From Octopus sinensis (taxonomy: Eukaryota), in NCBI RefSeq assembly GCF_006345805.1, contig NC_043008.1, positions 6,076,001-6,140,000 on the forward strand: DNA of 64,000 nt, in the 5' to 3' direction. The notes beneath the pieces were generated by a model. It was not told the DNA's origin, searched no databases, and was given only the letters and a program-made list of their open reading frames with translations. Positions 62,231 through 64,000 of this stretch are shown here, piece after piece; positions within the stretch are counted from its first letter, which is position 1; every line of letters begins with the position of its first letter. Position numbers and translations under genes: made by a program.

Positions 62231-62679
62231 AAGACCCCGCAACAGGAGGGAGTAGTATTGAGGGACAGAAAGGAGTCTTCATTAAAAGAGAGACATGGTT
62301 ACCTCAGATGGAGAAGTGAGAGAGAGAGAGAAGAGAAAAATGGTGAAGAAGTGGAAGAGAGGGGCCAGGGGCTGTACACATAAGTTACAGTGTGGTATAA
62401 ATAGTGGAGTTGACAGGGGACTGGGGTTTGTGGGTGAGTTCACAAGAGTTCAGAAAAACAGTGGGAGCTCAAAGGGATTAAGTTGATTACATCGACTGAC
62501 CTCGGCAGAATTTGAACTCAGAACAAAATATCGGCAGATGACATACTGCTAAGCATTTCGCCCGGCATGCTAACATTTCTGCCAGGTAGAGGGAGACTAG
62601 AGGGAAGAGATTAACAGGTGTGATGAGTATGGGTGAGTTGTGGGGAGGGAAGGGGTCATGGACATCAAAGTTTTTTTAG

Positions 62680-62975
62680 CTGGGCAGGTCTCCTCAAGCA
62701 CAGCACATCACCAGTTGTCTCAGTCCTTTGTCACCTCCTCAGTGAGGCTTAACATCTGAAGGACATTTCTCATCACCACATCCCACATCATCTTGATTCC
62801 TCCTCTTCCACTGGTTCCCTCCACATTTTGAGATCAGCCCTTCTTTATGCAGCTGTCCTCATCCATATGTGTCACATACCCAGTGCAGTCTTCTCTCTTG
62901 CACAATACATTTGATGCCTCTTATATCCAATTTTTCTCTCAAAACATTTATGCATACATTTTGTAGGGTGTCACT
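62680..62975 (-). pseudogene. RTE-clade LINE 3' end, decayed
   Basis: Homologous to 59150-59490 (GCTGTCCTCATCCATA, CTCTTATATCCA.TTTT.CTCTCAA). Confidence 0.75.
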
Positions 62976-63429
62976 GAAGCACTATTAGTTTAAAATAGCA
63001 ATCAATTTTTCATACTTGAAGTAGATACAACATAGAAAGCCTAATTAATCAGCTGTGGTATTTGTCCTCAGAGGATGTCTCTTATGGACACACTGGGATA
63101 AAAAGTACATTTCTGCCTCCTTAAGCTTTGTCAGTGGATACTCCCTACCTCTGCATATCAAACAAGACCATTCCTCTGGAGGTACCAGAGACCTGTCTTC
63201 TTCCCTACTAAAACTATCATCTTTGCCAGGTTTACTTACAGATCTCTGGGTGCTAGTTCTAGAGTCCATGCCTGAAATATCCTCTGATATTCTCATATAG
63301 GTTCAGCTATGAAAACTAGGGTTGATTTGTTCAACTAAAGGCAGTGCTCCAGCATGGCCTCAGTCAAATGACTGAAATAAGTAAAAGGATAAAAGGATAT
63401 CTATCTATCTATCTATATATATTTCTATG

Positions 63430-63474
<45 letters not shown>

Positions 63475-63629
63475 TTGTGTGTATATACATATATATCTTG
63501 CATACATATCTATATATAATGCAAAAAATATGACAAATGATGAAAATGAGGCTTTTAAAAAAAATTGAAATGAAAAATATACAATTAATAATAATAATAA
63601 TAATAATTGTGATAGTAATGATAATAATA

Positions 63630-63667
<38 letters not shown>

Positions 63668-63716
63668 GTAATAATAATAATAATTGTGATAGTCGTAGTG
63701 GCATGGGATAAATTAC

Positions 63717-63771
63717 CTTCTAAAAAAATGGTTTCCATTAGTAAAAACCCTAAAAGCACCATACAAACTGA
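63717..63771 (-). CDS. Candidate signal-peptide exon SVCMVLLGFLLMETIFLE(G), phase 0 to 1
   Basis: Acceptor cctgtttcttttgtag| and donor AAG|gtaatt. The hydrophobic peptide ends in phase 1, compatible with the Ig exon; ATG at 63762. Confidence 0.4.
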
Positions 63772-64000
63772 CTACAAAAGAAACAGGTTCAAATGAAAGC
63801 ATTTCTTTTTCGGCAACAATGAAAGCCGCATTTCTCAAAAGCATTTTACAACACAGCAATGTGAATAAAACATCGACAATCTGGCTCAGTTTCATTCATT
63901 TTCTGATCACTGTATAATATCTATATATATATATGTATATATATATGTATATATATGTATATATATGTATGTATATATATATGTATATATATATATCTAC

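Noticed and set aside
63045-63296. 83-aa minus ORF with CLIC...C.H, PHD-like
   Set aside because: Incomplete Cys/His pattern and no splice support. Possibly a decayed transposon end, but not supportable.

Overview
AT-rich animal genomic DNA, most likely a coleoid cephalopod (Octopus-like). This is inferred from the tRNA-derived SINE families and the very dense (TA)n/(CA)n/(ATA)n/(GAT)n microsatellites. Nearly all long ORFs in the track are microsatellite or repeat artefacts. One exon is clearly coding: a 291-nt, phase 1/1 immunoglobulin-domain exon on the minus strand (45844-46134). Several short minus-strand exon candidates with good splice sites (63717-63771, 48720-48734, 43507-43527, 39728-39753, 5352-5450) join it in one open frame. 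Together they would give a ~165-aa protein with a signal-like N-terminus, one Ig domain and a hydrophobic tail, spread over ~58 kb; this model is a hypothesis. The rest is intron filled with SINEs, RTE, CR1/Jockey-type and restriction-like-endonuclease LINE fragments, piggyBac, hAT and Helitron-type non-autonomous elements, and Penelope-like element (PLE) remnants. The most striking hidden signal is a set of about eleven type-I hammerhead ribozyme (HHR)-like motifs from about six unrelated sequence families. Most have the short, palindromic helix III typical of PLE minimal HHRs. Two sit in the tail of a tRNA-headed SINE, and two foldback elements carry an HHR on each arm. Most motifs carry one or more core or stem substitutions, so activity is unproven. 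Repeat boundaries are read by eye and approximate (about +/-10 bp). Exon and ribozyme coordinates were indexed base by base.
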